64,000 nt of DNA, from NCBI GenBank assembly GCA_003598025.1, contig QZKH01000003.1, positions 170,048 through 234,047 of the forward strand, read 5' to 3'. Of this stretch, positions 35,524-45,778 are shown piece after piece. How positions within the stretch are numbered: the stretch's first letter is position 1; each line of letters begins with the position of its first letter. The translations under genes were made by a program, and so were the position numbers. This stretch comes from Candidatus Omnitrophota bacterium (GTDB lineage Bacteria; Omnitrophota; Gorgyraeia; Gygaellales; Profunditerraquicolaceae). The notes beneath the pieces were generated by a model. It made no database searches. It was not told the origin of the DNA and saw only the letters and a list, made by a program, of their open reading frames with translations.

Positions 35524-36447
35524 TCATCCGCTTTTTAGTTTATTTAACGATCCTAATGATTGCGCCGACTTATATAACTGCTCTTTTTCTTCTTTTGTTA
35601 ATTGTAGCTCGAGGATCTGCTCTATGCCTTTTTTACCTATGCGGCAAGGTACACCTAAACAGATATCTTTTAATCCGTATTGGCCGTTTAAATATGCCGA
35701 TACACCTATGATTCTTTTTTCATCCTTAGCCACAGACTTGACAAGCGATGCGATTGCAGCAGATGGCGCAAAGAAGGCGCTCCCTGAGCCTAGATGATCA
35801 ACTATTTCTTTGCCGCGCTGAATAGTTCTGACCGACAATTCTTTAATTTTTTCTTCATCAAGGAAATTTGGCAAAGGTATCCCTTTTATAGAGGTCAGGC
35901 TGCCCAGGGGAAGCATCCCTTCACCGTGAACACCTATTACTACCGGCTCTATTTCATAAACAGGAATATTCAGCTCAAGGCTGATTAGATTTGCAAATCT
36001 TGATGCGTCTAACGAAATCCCCATGCCCAGCACCCTTTCCGGGTCAAAACCCGTAGATTTAAGGGCAATCATGGTCATTAAATCCAGTGGATTGGTAACT
36101 ATTATGACTACAGCATCTTTAGATATCTTCTTAATTTTACTGCAGAGATCACTAACAATATCTGCGTTTTTCCGGAATAATTCTTCTCTTAGCATCCCGG
36201 GTTTACGTGCTAGCCCTGCGGTTATAACAATTATATCTGAGCCCGATGCAATATCCAGGTCTTCCGAACCATCTACGTTATAATGCAGCTTTAATAAACT
36301 GCGGGCATCCATGAGGTCAAGAGACTTACCCTTTGCTATGCCTTTAACGATATCAATCAAAGCGATTTCTGCATCGGGCAATTCCTGAGCTATGCGCATC
36401 GCAGAAAGACTGCCTACATTTCCGGAACCGATAATTGAGATTTTCAT
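35524..36447 (-). CDS. mdh: Malate dehydrogenase (LDH-like)
   Basis: GSGNVG, TAGLARKPGMLREEL, VTNPLD, LDASRF, GSAFFAP. Confidence 0.92.
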   Translation of the reverse strand: MKISIIGSGNVGSLSAMRIAQELPDAEIALIDIVKGIAKGKSLDLMDARSLLKLHYNVDGSEDLDIASGSDIIVITAGLARKPGMLREELFRKNADIVSDLCSKIKKISKDAVVIIVTNPLDLMTMIALKSTGFDPERVLGMGISLDASRFANLISLELNIPVYEIEPVVIGVHGEGMLPLGSLTSIKGIPLPNFLDEEKIKELSVRTIQRGKEIVDHLGSGSAFFAPSAAIASLVKSVAKDEKRIIGVSAYLNGQYGLKDICLGVPCRIGKKGIEQILELQLTKEEKEQLYKSAQSLGSLNKLKSG

Positions 36448-36487
36448 TGATTATTGGCTAATGAAGATTCTGTAACTTTACGCAACC

Positions 36488-37579
36488 TCATCTAACTTTT
36501 TTTAACTTCTTTATAACCGCATCCGCCATCTCCTGTGTTCCCACAGCTGTAGGGTCATTACGGTCAGGTTTTAAATCGTAAGTCACATATTTGCCCTCGG
36601 AGATAATATCTTTAACGGCTTTCTCAAGCGCAAAAGCCGCTTTTGATTCTCCCATATGTTTGAGCATGAGTACTGCGGATAGGATCATGGCAGTAGGATT
36701 TACTTTGTTTAAGCCTTTATATTTTGGCGCAGAGCCGTGTACGGCCTCAAATACTGCCATATCATTTCCGATATTTGCGCCAGGAGCGATTCCAAGTCCG
36801 CCGATTAATCCTGCGCACAGGTCGGAAATAATATCACCATACAAATTAGGCAAAACTATGACATCATAATTATGCGGCCTTTGCACCAACTGCATTGACA
36901 TGTTATCTACAATAGCATTTTCAAACTCTATTTTGTTTGCGTATCTCTTAGCTACCTCTATCGCTGTTTTTAAGAATAAACCGTCGGTAAACTTCATAAT
37001 ATTTGCTTTGTGTACCGCGGTAACCTTTTTTCTGTTATTGGCAAGCGCATATTCGAAGGCGTATTCAACGATTCTTTCTGATGCCTCCTTTGAAATCGGT
37101 TTAATGCTTATTGCTGATCCCTTGGTGATTTTTTTACCGGAATTCTTCTGTATAAGGCTTATTAATTCTTCAGTATAGGGTTTACAGGCTTCAAATTCAA
37201 TACCGGCATACAAATCCTCAGTATTCTCTCTTATTATAACCAGATCGATATTATCAAATTTACTTTTTACACCCTTATATGATTTTGCCGGCCGTACACA
37301 GGCAAACAACCCTAAACTTTGCCTTATTGCTACATTTACAGAACGGAATCCCGTGCCCACCGGAGTGATTATCGGACCCTTCAAAGCTATTTTGTTCCTG
37401 CGTATTGAATCTAAGACGCTGTCAGGAAGGATACTTCCTTGCGATTTTAGCGTTTCTTCTCCGGCATTCTCAATTTCCCATTCAATTTTAACACCGGTTG
37501 CATCAACGCATCTTTGCGCCGCCAAAGCCACTTCGGGGCCGATCCCGTCACCGGGTATGAGAGTGATTTTATAAGCCAT
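36488..37579 (-). CDS. icd: Isocitrate dehydrogenase-like beta-decarboxylating dehydrogenase
   Basis: [23 protein letters not shown] (IDH-type SxN), [33 protein letters not shown]. Confidence 0.8.
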   Translation of the reverse strand: MAYKITLIPGDGIGPEVALAAQRCVDATGVKIEWEIENAGEETLKSQGSILPDSVLDSIRRNKIALKGPIITPVGTGFRSVNVAIRQSLGLFACVRPAKSYKGVKSKFDNIDLVIIRENTEDLYAGIEFEACKPYTEELISLIQKNSGKKITKGSAISIKPISKEASERIVEYAFEYALANNRKKVTAVHKANIMKFTDGLFLKTAIEVAKRYANKIEFENAIVDNMSMQLVQRPHNYDVIVLPNLYGDIISDLCAGLIGGLGIAPGANIGNDMAVFEAVHGSAPKYKGLNKVNPTAMILSAVLMLKHMGESKAAFALEKAVKDIISEGKYVTYDLKPDRNDPTAVGTQEMADAVIKKLKKVR

Positions 37580-38085
37580 TATTTTATTTCCGGTAAAGAG
37601 TTGAACTTTTTAAAATAACTTACTATTCCGCCATTACTCAGTATATTTTGCATAAAGTCCGGTAAAGGCTTTACAGATAATTCAAATCCCTGGGTGAGAT
37701 TTTTAACTATTCCTTTAGATAAATCAATTTCAATTGAGTCTTTTTCCCGTATTCTGTCTGTATCCGTCTCAATCAGCGGCAATCCGATATTGAAGCCATT
37801 ACGGTAAAAAATACGCGCAAAAGATTTAGCCATTACGGCGGTTATTCCGGACTCCTTTATTACCAGAGGGGCCTGCTCTCTTGATGAACCCATACCGAAG
37901 TTTTTGCCGGCCACAAGTATGCTTTTACCCGGCACGATCTTCTTTGGAAAATCCGGGTCAATATCTTCCATTATATGCTTTGCAAGCTCTTTCATATCAG
38001 TAATAGCAAACTTATAACGGCCTGAAATTATAAAATCAGTATTTATGTTGTCGCCCAGGTTTATAGCGTTTCCGGATAATTTCAT
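37579..38085 (-). CDS. leuD: Isopropylmalate/homoaconitate dehydratase family small subunit (LeuD/HacB)
   Basis: [35 protein letters not shown]. Confidence 0.85.
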   Translation of the reverse strand: MKLSGNAINLGDNINTDFIISGRYKFAITDMKELAKHIMEDIDPDFPKKIVPGKSILVAGKNFGMGSSREQAPLVIKESGITAVMAKSFARIFYRNGFNIGLPLIETDTDRIREKDSIEIDLSKGIVKNLTQGFELSVKPLPDFMQNILSNGGIVSYFKKFNSLPEIK

Positions 38086-39128
38086 AGTTGTTTGAATTCC
38101 TCAGGATTCTTTACCTTAGAAAGGGCCACATCCATAGAGATCATTCCGGTCCTGAATAATTCCTTAAGTGATTTATCCATTGTTTTCATCCCGTACTGGC
38201 TTCCTGTCTGCATAAGAGTAGGTATCTGTTCGATTTCCTGCTCGCGGATTAAATTTCTTATACCCGGGGTAGCCACCATGACTTCTGTTGCCAGTACCCT
38301 GCCTATGCCTCCTGCTTTAGGAAGCAAAAGCTGTGAAACTACGCCCTGAAGACAGTCAGCAAGCTGGAGTTTGACCTGTTGCTGCTGATGCGGAGGAAAA
38401 ACATCTATAATCCTTTCAATCGTCTGAGGAGCATCCGGGGTATGCAATGTAGCCAGGACAAGATGGCCTGTTTCAGCCGCTGTTAAGGCAGTTGAGATTG
38501 TCTCTAAATCACGCATTTCTCCTACAACTATTACATTAGGATCCTGTCTTAACGTATGCCTTAGCGCATTAGCAAAACTGTGCGTATCAGCATAGACTTC
38601 TCTTTGTTTAATTATACTTTTATCATTCTTAAAAATGAATTCGATCGGGTCTTCGATAGTCACCATCAGGCATTCCCGTTCGTTGTTTATTAAGTTTATC
38701 ACAGCAGCCAAAGTAGTTGTTTTACCCACGCCTGTAGGGCCGGTGACTAATACGAGGCCATTTGGTTTTCTGGCAAGCTCAATAACCACTGGAGGAAGGC
38801 CAAGGTCTTCAATTTTTGGGATTACAAGCGGAACTCTCCTGAATGCAGCTTCAACAGAGCCTTTTTGCTGATGCACGTTAACCCTGAACCTGTCCATGCC
38901 TGGAAGGGCAAGAGAAAAATCAAGCTCCAGGTCTTTTTCAAACGTTTCTTTTTGAGAATTTGTCAGTACTGCATAAATCATTTTTTTCAGCTCAGCCCTG
39001 ACAACCATAGGATGCTCGGTCCTGAGAAGCTTCCCGTCAATCCTTAAAACAGGAGGTTCATTTTCAGTAAGGTGCAAGTCGGAAGCGGCTTTATCAATAC
39101 ATAATTTGAGTAATTCACCTATTTCCAT
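38082..39128 (-). CDS. pilT: Type IV pilus retraction ATPase
   Basis: ASDLHL, RFRVN, GPTGVGKTTT, TIEDPIE, LRQDPNVIVVGEMRD, AAETGHLVLATLHT, GIRNLIRE. Confidence 0.93.
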   Translation of the reverse strand: MEIGELLKLCIDKAASDLHLTENEPPVLRIDGKLLRTEHPMVVRAELKKMIYAVLTNSQKETFEKDLELDFSLALPGMDRFRVNVHQQKGSVEAAFRRVPLVIPKIEDLGLPPVVIELARKPNGLVLVTGPTGVGKTTTLAAVINLINNERECLMVTIEDPIEFIFKNDKSIIKQREVYADTHSFANALRHTLRQDPNVIVVGEMRDLETISTALTAAETGHLVLATLHTPDAPQTIERIIDVFPPHQQQQVKLQLADCLQGVVSQLLLPKAGGIGRVLATEVMVATPGIRNLIREQEIEQIPTLMQTGSQYGMKTMDKSLKELFRTGMISMDVALSKVKNPEEFKQL

Positions 39129-39174
39129 TATTGCCTCCTCTTATTTTTTATCTATCAAAAGATTAGCCGGCCTA

Positions 39175-40446
39175 TTATAAATATTTTCTTGGATCAGCGA
39201 TCCTGCCCTCTATCGCCGAGGCTGCAACCGTAGCCGGCGAAGCCAGGTATATGAACGCTTTTGGATTACCCATCCTCCCGATGAAATTCCTGTTAGCGGT
39301 TGATATCACATTATCCCCATCGGAAGGGATCCCGCAATGCGTCCCAACGCACGGGCCGCATCCCGGAGCTATTACAACGGCATTCGCTTTTATAAAAGTA
39401 TCGATTATGCCCTGGCTTAATGCTTCAAGGTAAATCTCCTTTGACACGGGCGCAACTATCATTTTAACACTTTTTGCGACTTTTCTCGAGCTTAAAATTT
39501 TAGCAGCGGCTTTTAAATCCGATAACCTGCCATTGGTGCAGGTACCCAAAAACGCTTCATCAACCTTGACTTTACTGAAATTACCAATATCTTTTACATT
39601 ATCAACCTGATGAGGAGCTGCCACCTGAGGTTTTATTTTTGAAATATCGAACTCTAAAGTTTGACAGTATTTTGCATTTTTATCGGCATAAATACGTTCA
39701 ATCTTTTTAATTCCTTTTATTTGATTCTTGAGCCAAGTAATGGTTTTATCGTCTTGAGGCATGAAACCGGCTTTTGCCCCCATCTCAACTACCATATTAC
39801 ACATTGTAAATCTGCCGTCCATATCAATCTTATTGATCACCGGACCACCGAATTCAATTGCTTTATATGTGGCTCCGTCTGCACCTACCTTCTTAATTAT
39901 ATATAAAATTATATCTTTTGCGTATATTCCTTTGGGTATGTTTCCTTTTACCACGATCTTAATTGTTTCGGGGACCTTAAACCAGTTCTTTCCTGTTGCC
40001 AGCGTTATTGAAATGTCGGTTGAGCCTACCCCCGTTGAAAATATTCCTAAAGCGCCATAAGTACAGGTATGAGAATCAGCGCCTAAAACCAGGTCTCCGG
40101 GCAATATCCTGCCAGACTGCGGTATTACCTGGTGGCATACTCCGCATCCGATATCAAAGAGTTTCTGGTTATAATCTAAGCCAAACTGCCGCATCTTTTT
40201 ATGCACCCTGGAAACACCCTCGCTTGGCGAAGGCGCGCTATGGTCTATAACCATGCAGAAATCTGTTTCTAATTTATTGAGCCCTAACTCTTTTACCCGG
40301 TCAATTATAATTGAAGACGTCCCGTCTTGCCCGAATGTAAAATCCACTTTACATATTGCAAAATCTCCTGCCTTGAGCAGTCTTTGCGAATGACTGCTCA
40401 ATATTTTTTCAGCTATAGTTTGCGGAATTAAAGACCGTTTAACCAT
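39175..40446 (-). CDS. leuC: Isopropylmalate/homoaconitate dehydratase family large subunit (LeuC/HacA)
   Basis: QTIAEKIL, GADSHTCTYG, GTCTNGR, PGCGPCVG, TANRNFIGRMG, ASPATVAAS. Confidence 0.87.
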   Translation of the reverse strand: MVKRSLIPQTIAEKILSSHSQRLLKAGDFAICKVDFTFGQDGTSSIIIDRVKELGLNKLETDFCMVIDHSAPSPSEGVSRVHKKMRQFGLDYNQKLFDIGCGVCHQVIPQSGRILPGDLVLGADSHTCTYGALGIFSTGVGSTDISITLATGKNWFKVPETIKIVVKGNIPKGIYAKDIILYIIKKVGADGATYKAIEFGGPVINKIDMDGRFTMCNMVVEMGAKAGFMPQDDKTITWLKNQIKGIKKIERIYADKNAKYCQTLEFDISKIKPQVAAPHQVDNVKDIGNFSKVKVDEAFLGTCTNGRLSDLKAAAKILSSRKVAKSVKMIVAPVSKEIYLEALSQGIIDTFIKANAVVIAPGCGPCVGTHCGIPSDGDNVISTANRNFIGRMGNPKAFIYLASPATVAASAIEGRIADPRKYL

Positions 40447-41603
40447 TTTTCAATCCTATCCATGCCTTTTTCTATTTGTGCGTGGCTTGCGGCAAAACTT
40501 AATCTTATAAAATTATCCTGGCCAAAGGCGACACCAGGGATTACGGCGACTTCAGCTTCATCTAAAAGCCTGGTCGCAAAAGCCATGGAATCAATGCCGC
40601 TTTTTGAAATATCGCAAAATATATAGAATGCGCCTTTTGGCAATATAAAATCAATTTTTGGTATATTATTAAGCCTTCCAATAATATAATCTCTTCTTTT
40701 TTGAAATTCCGCACTCATCATAGAGCTGAATTCATCTGAACCTGACAGCGCCGCAAAAGCAGCTTTCTGGCTTATTGATGAGGGGTTAGATGTCGAATGG
40801 TCCTGGATTTTTGAAATTGCTTTGGCAATCTCAAGGGGAGCGCCTAAATACCCTATCCTCCAGCCGGTCATTGAGTGGCTCTTTGATAAACCGTTAACAG
40901 TAATAGTATGTTCGTAAGCGCGCTTGCTTAACGAAGCTACTGAGGTATGCTTGAGCCCGTCAAAGATAATTTTTTCATAGATCTCGTCGGAAATGATATA
41001 GATTTTTTTATGGACACACATCTCTACAAGCGCTTGAAGTTCGTCTTTCTCATAAATGCTGCCTGTAGGATTGGAAGGGCTGTTGATGATTATCGCTTTT
41101 GTCTTTGTATGGATGTGCTTTTTAAGGTCATCGGTTGATATCTTGAAGTCATTCTTAGGGGACGTTTTAATAAACCTGGGGATCCCACCGCAGAGATTTA
41201 CCATTTCAGGATAGCTTACCCAATAAGGAGACGGGATTAGAACCTCGTCTTTTTCGTCAATTATAGAAAAAAGGGCGTTAAAGATGCTATGCTTGGCTCC
41301 GCAGGAAACTACGATTTGCTCAGAAGAATATTCAAGCCCGTTATCTTTTAAAAATTTTTGGCAGATTTTTTCTTTTAACTCCGGAGTCCCGGTGGTGGGT
41401 GTATACTTTGTAAACCCCGATTGGATAGCGCTGATAGCCGCATCTTTTATATATTGAGGAGTGTCAAAATCCGGCTCACCTGCAGCAAGCGTAACAACAT
41501 CCCTTCCCTGCATTTTGAGCTTCTTGGCTTTTGCAGTTATAGCAAGGGTTGCTGACGGGTTAATTTTTTTCAAACGCTCAGCAAGCTGCGTATCGATTCG
41601 CAT
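40428..41603 (-). CDS. aspC: Aspartate aminotransferase (class I/II)
   Basis: GEPDFDTP, PYWVSY, NSPSNPTG, SDEIYE, SKSHSMTGWRIG. Confidence 0.9.
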   Translation of the reverse strand: MRIDTQLAERLKKINPSATLAITAKAKKLKMQGRDVVTLAAGEPDFDTPQYIKDAAISAIQSGFTKYTPTTGTPELKEKICQKFLKDNGLEYSSEQIVVSCGAKHSIFNALFSIIDEKDEVLIPSPYWVSYPEMVNLCGGIPRFIKTSPKNDFKISTDDLKKHIHTKTKAIIINSPSNPTGSIYEKDELQALVEMCVHKKIYIISDEIYEKIIFDGLKHTSVASLSKRAYEHTITVNGLSKSHSMTGWRIGYLGAPLEIAKAISKIQDHSTSNPSSISQKAAFAALSGSDEFSSMMSAEFQKRRDYIIGRLNNIPKIDFILPKGAFYIFCDISKSGIDSMAFATRLLDEAEVAVIPGVAFGQDNFIRLSFAASHAQIEKGMDRIEKWLNGL

Positions 41604-41613
41604 CAGTATATGC

Positions 41614-42198
41614 TTATAGTGAATCTCTTTCCTTCTTAAAAATCTTCCTCAAACCGCCGAGGAATTTCTTTGAAGGCTGCTTTGAAATAGGAGGTTTTTC
41701 CTTAGTCGCAATTTCAGTTTTTTGCTTTCCGGAATCTTCCTGTTGGGTATGCTCTTTAGCTTGCCCGGAAGTATCTGCTTTTAAACCTTCTTGAGGCTCC
41801 TTTGAAACTTTGCTTTTCTTCGCCTTCTTGGCTTCCGGTTTTTTTATTTCTGTTAACTCAAACAAAACCAGCTCTGCGTCGTCCCCCCGCCTTCTGCCCA
41901 GGCTTAATATCCTGGAATAGCCGCTAGTTCTTTTGGCAAACCTGGGGCCGATTTCACTGAAAAGCGTACTTACCAGCCTATGGTCATTAAGAATTTTAAA
42001 AGCGGCTCTTTTTGCGGTAAGTGTGTTCTTTTTGGCAAGATGGATCAGCTTCTCTATCACCGGCCTTACAGCTTTTGCTTTGGCTTTTGTCGTCCTGATC
42101 CTTTGATAGATTACGAGGTTTCTTGCCATACTAAGGATAGTAGCTTTTCTCCAGCTGGTGAATCTATTAAGTCTGTTTTTGGATTTTGAATGTCTCAT
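41614..42198 (-). CDS. rplQ: 50S ribosomal protein L17 with C-terminal extension
   Basis: MRH..RIRTTKAKAK..GYSRI..RRGDDAE; follows rpoA. Confidence 0.95.
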   Translation of the reverse strand: MRHSKSKNRLNRFTSWRKATILSMARNLVIYQRIRTTKAKAKAVRPVIEKLIHLAKKNTLTAKRAAFKILNDHRLVSTLFSEIGPRFAKRTSGYSRILSLGRRRGDDAELVLFELTEIKKPEAKKAKKSKVSKEPQEGLKADTSGQAKEHTQQEDSGKQKTEIATKEKPPISKQPSKKFLGGLRKIFKKERDSL

Positions 42199-42219
42199 TT
42201 TTTATATAAGTTATAGAGG

Positions 42220-43209
42220 TTAAACAATTTTTAATTTTTTTGTATCGACCTTCATACCTAAGCCCAGGCCCATACCGGCCAAAAGTTCTTTTATTTCAGT
42301 AAGAGATTTCTTACCAAAGTTCTTGAATCCGAGCATCTCCTCCTCTGGCCTTTTGACCAGGTCCGCTATGGTTTTGATATTGGCCTCGCGTAAACAATTA
42401 GAACTGCGTACTGAAAGCTCAAGTTCAGATATCGGCAGCCTTAGTTTCTCGTAAAGCTCTACTTCTTCCTTGGTCATCATCGGTTCTTCTTCCGCATCTT
42501 CAGGAAGCTGGCCAAAGCTGACAAAAATATCCAAGTGCCTTTGAAGAATATTAGAGGCATATAAGAGGGCATCTTTAGGATTAATGGCCCCGTTAGTTGT
42601 TATTTCCAAAATAAGTTTATCGTAATCCGTACGCTGGCCGACTCGCGTATTTTCAATGGTGAAATTTACCTGCTTAACCGGCGTGAAAATTGAATCTACG
42701 GGGATTACGCCGATAGCCATATCCTCTTTTTTATTGAGTTCCTGAGGCACATATCCGCGCCCCCTTGCTACTTCCATCTCAATGTGGAATTTAGTATCTT
42801 TGGTCAACGTAGCTATATGGTGTTCGGGATTAATGATCTCGACTGATTCATCAGTAATGATATCCTTGGCTTTGATCTCGCCTTTCTTATCCTTCTTTAT
42901 TGATATAGTCTTGGGGATCTTTGAATGTGAATTTATAACCAGCCCTTTGATATTAAGAATTATCTCTGTTGTGTCTTCAAGCACGCCTGGTATCGTTGAG
43001 AATTCATGCTGGACTCCGTCAAATTTGACTGAGGTAACAGCACTTCCTTCGATAGAAGAAAGCAGGACACGCCTTAAGGAATTGCCTAAAGTAACCCCGT
43101 ATCCTCTTTCAAACGGCGCAGCATAAAATCTGCCATAAGTATTCGTATAAGTTGACTCATCGCATTCAAGTCTTTTTGGCAACTGAAAATCAGACCATTT
43201 TATTCCCAT
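42220..43209 (-). CDS. rpoA: RNA polymerase alpha subunit
   Basis: PFERGYGVTLGNSLRRVLLSS, RVGQRTDYDKL, ELSVRSSNCL. Confidence 0.98.
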   Translation of the reverse strand: MGIKWSDFQLPKRLECDESTYTNTYGRFYAAPFERGYGVTLGNSLRRVLLSSIEGSAVTSVKFDGVQHEFSTIPGVLEDTTEIILNIKGLVINSHSKIPKTISIKKDKKGEIKAKDIITDESVEIINPEHHIATLTKDTKFHIEMEVARGRGYVPQELNKKEDMAIGVIPVDSIFTPVKQVNFTIENTRVGQRTDYDKLILEITTNGAINPKDALLYASNILQRHLDIFVSFGQLPEDAEEEPMMTKEEVELYEKLRLPISELELSVRSSNCLREANIKTIADLVKRPEEEMLGFKNFGKKSLTEIKELLAGMGLGLGMKVDTKKLKIV

Positions 43210-43248
43210 TTTTCCTCCTGAGATTATTTAACTTAGCTAAAGCCTTGA

Positions 43249-43875
43249 TTACTTCGAATAAAGCTCGACTATTAATTGTTCTTGGATCGGCAATTGTATA
43301 TCTGACTTTTCTGGTAACCTGTTTATTTTTGCTTTCAGGTCCTGGGCATTGGCTTCTATCCATGATACAATCGCCCTGTCTTTGGAAAATTCTATGTTTT
43401 CCCGTATTTTATTCAAAGCGCCGTCCTTACCCTTTACCTCTATGGAATCACCGGCTGCTACTAAATAAGACGGAATATTGACTCTCTTGCCATTGATGTA
43501 AATGAGGTTATGCCTGACAATCTGTCTTGCCTGAGCACGGGAGGTAGCGAAATTCATCCTAAAGATGACATTGTCAAGCCTTCTTTCAAGTAATTGCAAG
43601 AGTATCTTACCGGTTACACCTTTTGATTTTGAAGCGATTCCGAAATATCTGCGGAATTGTCTCTCCAGCACGCCGTATACCCTCTTAACCTTCTGTTTTT
43701 CTCTTAACTGTATACCGTAGTTAGAATGTTTCTGCTTACCCTGGCCATGCTGGCCCGGGGCATATGCTCTTTTAGCAATCGCGCATTTAGGAGTATTGCA
43801 CCTTGCGCCTTTTAAGAATAATTTTTCACCTTCACGCCTGCATAACCTGCAAACAGCATCCTTATAACGAGCCAT
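43249..43875 (-). CDS. rpsD: 30S ribosomal protein S4
   Basis: CRLCRREGEKLFLKG, QLREKQK, LERRLDN, LIVELYSK. Confidence 0.98.
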   Translation of the reverse strand: MARYKDAVCRLCRREGEKLFLKGARCNTPKCAIAKRAYAPGQHGQGKQKHSNYGIQLREKQKVKRVYGVLERQFRRYFGIASKSKGVTGKILLQLLERRLDNVIFRMNFATSRAQARQIVRHNLIYINGKRVNIPSYLVAAGDSIEVKGKDGALNKIRENIEFSKDRAIVSWIEANAQDLKAKINRLPEKSDIQLPIQEQLIVELYSK

Positions 43876-43881
43876 TATTAA

Positions 43882-44271
43882 TTATACTCTCCTTTTCTTC
43901 TTGGGACGGCAACCATTATGAGGTATAGGAGTTACGTCTTTAATGCAGGTCACCGTTAAACCCGAAGCCTGTAAGGCCCTTATCGCTGATTCTCTACCGA
44001 ATCCGGGGCCCTTTACAAAAACTTCCACTTCTTTAATCCCTATATCTTTAGCTTTTTTAGCCGCATCAGTTGCTGCTACCTGAGCAGCAAAAGGCGTAGA
44101 CTTTTTTGATCCGCCATAACCAACTATTCCCGGAGCAGACCAGACTAAAGCATTACCCTGCTTATCAGTAATTGTTATTATGGTATTATTAAAACTTGCC
44201 TGGATATGTGCAATCCCGCTGGTAATGCCTCTGGCTATTTTCTTTTTTTTTGCTTTATCTTTTGTTGCCAT
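43882..44271 (-). CDS. rpsK: 30S ribosomal protein S11
   Basis: [26 protein letters not shown]. Confidence 0.98.
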   Translation of the reverse strand: MATKDKAKKKKIARGITSGIAHIQASFNNTIITITDKQGNALVWSAPGIVGYGGSKKSTPFAAQVAATDAAKKAKDIGIKEVEVFVKGPGFGRESAIRALQASGLTVTCIKDVTPIPHNGCRPKKKRRV

Positions 44272-44286
44272 TAAATATGACCTCCG

Positions 44287-44673
44287 TTATTTGGTTTCAA
44301 CCTTTTTGACTACTATACTTCCGCCTTTTCTCGGACCTTTTCTTGTCCTTGCGTTTGTGCGCGTTCTCTGCCCTCTGACCGGAAGGCCCTTTTTATGACG
44401 CATGCCACGCCAGGCCCCTATATCCATAAGTCTTTTTATGTTTTGGGATATATCCCTGCGCAGGTCACCTTCGACCCGGTAACCGCTTTTTTGAAGTATA
44501 ATGGTAATCCTGGAAATTTCTTCTTCGCTTAAATCTTTAGCTCTCTTAAGCGGTTCTATGTTCGCTTCTTTAAGGATTTTATTAGACATGAACCTGCCGA
44601 CTCCGTAAAGGTAAGTCAGGGCAGTTTCAATGGTTTTTTCTTTCGGTAAGTCAACGCCTATAATTCTTGGCAC
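44287..44673 (-). CDS. rpsM: 30S ribosomal protein S13
   Basis: [32 protein letters not shown]; GTG start with GGAGG SD. Confidence 0.98.
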   Translation of the reverse strand: MPRIIGVDLPKEKTIETALTYLYGVGRFMSNKILKEANIEPLKRAKDLSEEEISRITIILQKSGYRVEGDLRRDISQNIKRLMDIGAWRGMRHKKGLPVRGQRTRTNARTRKGPRKGGSIVVKKVETK

Positions 44674-44703
44674 TTTTTCCTCCTTGTATACTGCTAAAGG
44701 GAA

Positions 44704-44817
44704 TTATCCTTGTTTTTGTTTATGCTTAGGTGTAGAGCATATGACGCGCGCAACACCACGCCTTTTGATTATCTTACACTTGTCGCAAATTTTTCTTATA
44801 GATGATTTTACTTTCAT
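44704..44817 (-). CDS. rpmJ: 50S ribosomal protein L36, 37 aa (absent from ORF track)
   Basis: Manual translation [37 protein letters not shown]; ATGA overlap with infA. Confidence 0.96.
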   Translation of the reverse strand: MKVKSSIRKICDKCKIIKRRGVARVICSTPKHKQKQG

Positions 44818-45032
44818 TTTATCCTGAATGTTATTCTTCCCCTGCTTAAATCATAGGGGGACAATTCTAGTTTTACCTTATCTCCGGGCAATATTCTGAT
44901 AAAGTGCATACGCATTTTTCCCGAAACGTGTGCCAGAACCACATGTCCGTTATCAAGCTCAACCCTGAACATCGCATTAGGCAGAGCTTCTAAAATTTTA
45001 CCTTCTGTTTCGATCAGTTCTTCTTTTGCCAT
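44814..45032 (-). CDS. infA: Translation initiation factor IF-1
   Basis: [32 protein letters not shown]. Confidence 0.98.
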   Translation of the reverse strand: MAKEELIETEGKILEALPNAMFRVELDNGHVVLAHVSGKMRMHFIRILPGDKVKLELSPYDLSRGRITFRIK

Positions 45033-45034
45033 AG

Positions 45035-45778
45035 TTAAGCGGTTAAAATCTCTGTTCCTCTGTCGGTAATGGCAACCGTGTGTTCAAAATGAGCAGATGC
45101 CATTCTATCTTTTGTCAGGGCAGTCCAGCCATTAGGTGCGATTTCAACCTCCCACGCACCCATATTAACCATGGGCTCAACAGCAAATACCATTCCTTCA
45201 GTCAATAACGGCCCTGTGCCCTTGCGGCCGAAATTAGGAATCTCCGGTTCTTCGTGAAGCGACTTGCCTATGCCATGGCCTACAAATTCCCGGACTATTG
45301 AGAAACCGTTTTTCTCTACGTATTCCTGTATAGCATAAGAAATATCGTAAAGATGGTTATTTGCTTTTACTTTTTCTATACCGATCTTCAGGGATTTTTC
45401 AGTTACTTCCAGCAGTTTCTTTATCTGGCCGCTGACAATTCCGATCGGAATAGTCAACGCAGCATCTGAAAAGTACCCCTTATAATTTATTCCGACATCC
45501 AAGCTCAATATATCGCCGTTTAAAAGCACCCTCTCTGACGGTATGCCATGAACTACCTCATCATTGACAGATGTGCATATATTGGCGGGATATCCTCTGT
45601 ATCCTTTAAAAGCAGAGATGACACTTTCTTTTTTAATCAGGGTTTCCGCATAGGCGTCGATCTCTTTCGTTGTCATCCCTTCGCTTACAAACAATCTCAA
45701 AGAACGGATAATCCTTGATAAAATCTTTCCTGACTCCCCCATCATATGAATATCTTCTTTAGACTTTAGAGGGATCAT
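45035..45778 (-). CDS. map: Methionine aminopeptidase type I
   Basis: [34 protein letters not shown]. Confidence 0.96.
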   Translation of the reverse strand: MIPLKSKEDIHMMGESGKILSRIIRSLRLFVSEGMTTKEIDAYAETLIKKESVISAFKGYRGYPANICTSVNDEVVHGIPSERVLLNGDILSLDVGINYKGYFSDAALTIPIGIVSGQIKKLLEVTEKSLKIGIEKVKANNHLYDISYAIQEYVEKNGFSIVREFVGHGIGKSLHEEPEIPNFGRKGTGPLLTEGMVFAVEPMVNMGAWEVEIAPNGWTALTKDRMASAHFEHTVAITDRGTEILTA

